Source of the DNA: Carcharhinus amblyrhynchos
Lineage: Eukaryota
Reading direction: 5' to 3'
NCBI GenBank assembly: GCA_965287045.1
Contig: OZ336899.1
Coordinates: 12,524,001-12,588,000, forward strand
Length of the DNA: 64,000 nucleotides
In this document: positions 59,572 to 64,000 of the stretch, piece after piece
How positions within the stretch are numbered: position 1 is the first letter of the stretch
How the letters are laid out: each line of letters begins with the position of its first letter
Program-made: the position numbers and the translations under genes
Notes under the pieces: model-generated
The model's database searches: none
What the model saw: only the letters and a program-made list of their open reading frames with translations
What the model was told of the DNA's origin: nothing

Positions 59572-60060
59572 CATAGAGTCCTGACAGTGCAGAAGTTACC
59601 ACACATATTTATCCCACTGTCACTTCAGGGCAATTTAGCATAGCCATTACACAGAACCAGCACATCTTTAGGTACTAAGTGGCAATTTAGTGTGGCCAAT
59701 CCACCTAACCAGCACATCTTTGGACACCAAGCGGCAATTTAGCATGGCATTTCACCCTAACCTGCACATCTTTGCACACTGAGGGAGAATTTAGAATTGC
59801 CAATCCCCTAAGCTGCACATCTTTGGACACTAAGAGGCAATTTAGCATGGCTAATCCACCCAAACCTACACATCTTTGGACACTAAGGGGAAATTTAGCA
59901 TTGCCAATCCACCTAACCTGCACATCTTTAGACTGTGGGGGGGGAAACCCATACAGACATGGGGGAGAACGCGCAAACACCACACAGACAGTCACCCGAA
60001 GCTGGAATTGAACCCGGGTCCCTGGTGCTGTGAGGCAGCAGTGCTAACCACTGTGCCATC
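59572..60060 (-). mobile_element. HE1-type V-SINE with a six-fold internal 52-bp tandem amplification
   Basis: The unit caatttagcatggccaatccacctaacctgcacatctttggacactaagggg starts at 59631, 59683, 59735, 59787, 59838 and 59891. The SINE head lies at ~59990-60060. Confidence 0.92.
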
Positions 60061-61229
60061 CTGATGGCACCAGGTATCTCAACCCCTGCCAGACCTAACC
60101 CAACACTCTGTGTTTGCAGATGTCAAGCACTAAAATCACCACCACAAACAGAGCGACAGCTTTTCATTAGCTCCCCAAGTTGATACAATGAGCCTGCTGG
60201 TTGCTAGGAAGCCAACATTCTGACATTTAAGCAAAACAGCCTGGGTTGAGGATTCCTGTCAATTTTACACCAGGTTACCCTACATGGGTGACATCTATGC
60301 AGCAAACTCTAATCTTGGGACGGCAGTCAATTTGGTATTGGATTGATTCCAGAGTAAACAGCAGGGCAATAACGTTGAGTTAGGCCTTACTGTAAAATAG
60401 AATCCTTATATTGGCCCCCAACAATCCTTGTATCCATTATCAATAACTCTTGCATTGGGATACTAACTGGTTCGGTACACACACGCACACACACTCAGGC
60501 CTGGCTCTTGGCCTGCGAGGAGGCAGTGGGACTCGGCCTAGGCAGAAATGGCTTCGGAATAGGCCTAAATCAGAGTCAAAGAAATCCAGACTAAAGGGTT
60601 GGGGGGGGAATGGTTATTGTAATCTCCCCCTCTGCACTTTGGAGTTTACACCCTGCTGGATTTTGATCTGTGAGCAGTCAGCTGCCTAATGGGAGGGTCC
60701 AGTTAAAATTACCTGCTCTACATTGGCTAATATGATTAAATCATTATGGGGGGTGGGGGTCCAAAGAGGGAGAGAGAGAGAAATGAAAATCCAGTATTCT
60801 CCGACAAAGTTAACAGCTTGCGTTAATAAATGCGAGCTTTCAGTGAGTAAACACCAAATGGCTGTGATTAAAAGAAACACGAGTTGACCATCTGTACAAA
60901 AGGCAGCCCGCCCCTTGAAAGATCTGAAGGTCCACACAGCATTGGCCAGTGTGTAATCATAGTCACACCCGTCCAGACTGGAGTCTGTCCGGATCACATG
61001 CGAAACTGTGGTGTAAGGGCCACATGGTGCTGGGGAAGGGGGAGGAAGGTGCGGCGGGGCAACATGGAGGGGAGAAGGCCTCCCTCCCCAACACTACTGA
61101 CAGGAGGAAGACTCTGCATTATTCCTAGTTGTTTGAATCTTCTATTGGAAGAAATTGTGACTCTTCTAATTTTTGCATTTATTTCTCTACATAAACTAAT
61201 ACCTTAATTCCTGGTGCTACTGCTGCTCG

Positions 61230-61786
61230 TAGCTTCCTGCCTTGTCCTAACTGGTGCAGCTGGGCACTCTGTGCACTTTGTAGCTCCTGTGTGTGCTTCT
61301 TGGCACTTTCCATCACTGGTGCCATTTTCAGTGCCTTTTTTAAAACTATCTCTGATTGAGCTAACAATTTTCTCTATATAGCTGCATTGTTTACACCACA
61401 TACCAATCAATCCTTTAACAGGTCATCCAATGCTGCCCCAAAATTGCAATGCTCTATGATTTGTCTTATCCTTGCTACAAAGGCTTTAATGGTCCCTCTG
61501 TGGCTCTCCCCATGGAGTTAAATTTATATCTTTACAATATTACTGAGAGGTCAGGGTGGTAATGTTCATTTGCTAGCTCAATGAACCTTGCAAAGTTTTG
61601 GAGTCAGGAGCGTCTGGGGACATTAAACTTTGGATCAAGTTATATGTCTGGGTCCCACATGCAGTCAGCAATAAAACTTTCTTCTAATCCTCCCCCTCTA
61701 TTTCATTCACACACAAAAAGTTCCACATTCTGTACCCAGTCTTCTATAGCAGCATTGAAACTTTCTAATTTTCTGAAGTGAAGCAT
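61230..61786 (-). mobile_element. Ty3/Gypsy gag relic
   Basis: From the ATG at 61786: MLHFRKLESFNAAIEDWVQ...ELANEHYHPDLSVIL*RYKFNS...AFVARIRQIIEHCNFGAALDDLLKD*LVCGVNNAAI*RKLLAQSE. Confidence 0.82.
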
Positions 61787-62749
61787 GTCTACTTTTTCCT
61801 CTTTTGCTAACTGGACTCAATTGAACTTGAACTACAACCCTTGAAAATTAACTTTCCTTCACATTTTTCATTGCAATCTGAGTTACTGTTACTTTCCTCA
61901 TCACAAATGTAGTAAATTCAATAATTGATGCCAACCAGTTAGCTAACAACCAAATCAATGTGTTCATTCTTAGCTTTAGGATCAATCTGGCCGCAAAAGC
62001 CTACACTTTGCCCTGAGGTTCCCACACTCTTTTCAATTGGGTGATCAGATCACATGGTCCTTCCAACGCATATTCCTTAAACTTTATTGAAAGCTGGGAT
62101 ACCTTTTAGGTTACATTCCACTGGATGCCAGCACCATCTGATAGCTCAACTGACAGCTTCTTTCCAATTTAGATTTGACAAAATTGATTTTGCTGAGTTA
62201 TTTGACCAGGATGGATGTCCTAGCCAGTTAAAGTCCAATTTCACTCCTATTTTATATCTAAATGAGTTTCCAGCAGGATGATATGACTCTAAGATTAAGC
62301 CCAAATCAGTCCATTTTCTACCTTCCACAACCTGTTCACTGGGTATGATAGTATAAATGCACAATCTGACATTGCTAAGGCTCCACAATTGCCCCCTGTT
62401 CCTGCTGTGGAATTGAATACCACAGCCCCTCAACTCTCTGTATAAAGAAATCTTGCAATCCCATGTTTTAAATCCTTACATTCATTGTTGTATCTCTGGC
62501 CGTTTCTACCACTGGAAACTGTCTGGTTCTATCAACTCTGTTCTAATTCTTTTATGATTTTAAATACTTATGTTTTGTGGTTCCCAGAAGTTTGAAATAA
62601 TGACACTTTTAGACACAAATACTGGAGTTAACATCAACTGTTATTCTTGATGCTCGCCATGTGGACAGTGAAATGATACTTTGTTTCTTTGGAGTACTGA
62701 CTGTAGTGCAATAGTAAGAGACATGTCGTTTTGGGTTTGCATGTACGCA

Positions 62750-62900
62750 AGTGGTTAGGTTGATTGGCCATAACAAATTGCCCCTTAGTGTCAGGGGGAT
62801 TAGGGCTGTAAATATGTAGGGTTATGTGGATGGGATCTTGGGAGATTGTTGTTGGTGCAGGCTGGATGGGCCAAATGGCCTCCTTCAGCACTGTAGTTTT
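62750..62900 (+). mobile_element. 5'-truncated HE1-type V-SINE
   Basis: ggttaggttgattggccataacaaattgccccttagtgtcagggggattag...gggccaaatggcctccttcagcactgtag. Confidence 0.82.
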
Positions 62901-64000
62901 TATGTGCATAACAATATATCTCCTACCTCTTTTCAAATAATATAATAACATATTTCTCTCTTTTAGAAAAATACTTCTCTGTATCAGTGCAACTATTCCA
63001 ATCTTTTTTATTATGTCTAAATTAAAGAAGATTAACAATTGACTTTTATAATTAAACCAAATACCTTAACAGTCTTTTATAGCTTGTTTTCTCATGAAAA
63101 CTATTTACAGTATCACTTAGTTGGTAGGATGTTGTGCCGCCATTTCATGAATTTGGTTTTCTTTGCTCTCAGTGATTAGTTGGTATGTTGTACTGGCAAC
63201 GATGTACATGTTGGTCCTGGTGTTGTAAGAGTTGTAAGAGTAACTATGATATCATCTTTCTTTGTGTATTTCTATACTTCTGACATGCAATGATGTAGCC
63301 ACCAAACTATAAGAAAACTCTGTAGAGCACAGCAATACTGCAGGGGTTACTCTTAAGGTTTCAAACTTATGATTTCACTCTGAAATACAAGCCAAGGTGA
63401 CAAATACCCGAAAGCAGATACCCTACCTCATTTGTCACTTTATGAGAGATACAAGATAAAAGATCTAAGGGATGAATCTTTACATCTAGTGAACATAACA
63501 CCACTGAAATTGAGTCAAAATGGAGTTGAGACCAACAAGGAAGAATTTTAAATGCTGCCTCAGTATGTAATCAAAAGATAGCCTGACAAGTTGTAGCAAA
63601 CACAACCAACAACAAGGCACTAATGATCAATCAGAGATAACATCTCATTGGACAATGATGCTCTTTGGCCTGATGCAGAATCACCGTGCACAAAATGATG
63701 CAGAGAGAACACCTCCTGAAAATATATGAAGGTCTTGGAGACTCTCGGTGCTAGATCAGCAGCATGCTGGCTGACCTTCACAAGGACATGAAATGAACAT
63801 CATTGAACTCTCTTTCAATGTGGCATATCTGGTCTCAGCTGATTTTAGAGCTTTGGATGTGAATGCTATAGGATTCCCCTCTTGGACCAAGGGCACTGCC
63901 AGAAAAATTAATTAGTGCCTGAGAAATAGGAGACATGACTCGCAGCATTGTTGTTGGTGGACTTTGCAGTGCTGGATCCTCACTTGGTTTATTGCCACCA

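Noticed and set aside
59625-59935. Regularly spaced repeats resembling a CRISPR array
   Set aside because: There are no unique spacers, the units are SINE-derived, the context is eukaryotic and no cas genes are present.
63560-64000. Possible further Harbinger accessory-gene relic
   Set aside because: The resemblance is only vague, no motif could be translated convincingly, and it is cut by the window edge.

Overview
Repeat-dense, apparently non-coding 64-kb window of a cartilaginous fish, most likely a shark (inferred from HE1-type V-SINEs, SacSINE1-like DeuSINEs and CR1/HER1-type tails). I found no convincing host exon. The long ORFs are all retroelement proteins. CR1 LINEs: at least 10 RT-bearing copies, all on the + strand, including a young family with four near-identical copies and one old copy that keeps ORF1. 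Ty3/Gypsy: four relics, one a two-LTR provirus at ~18.8-23.9 kb. Penelope-like elements (PLEs): two GIY-YIG-bearing fragments and two short terminal-repeat fragments with hammerhead-ribozyme (HHR) cores ranging from intact to decayed. Also present are two Harbinger-type Myb/SANT gene relics with related non-autonomous elements, L2-type LINE relics, a hAT MITE with a perfect 8-bp TSD carrying CCAAT and Pbx/Prep motifs, many SINEs, and several unique homeobox-motif-rich blocks that look like enhancers. The most notable observations are the HHR at 39482-39516, a PLE with an internal inversion, all four PLE insertions lying in or beside Harbinger-like sequence, and the motif-loaded hAT MITE. Boundaries were read by eye, typically to within a few tens of bp, and family names are unverified without database searches.
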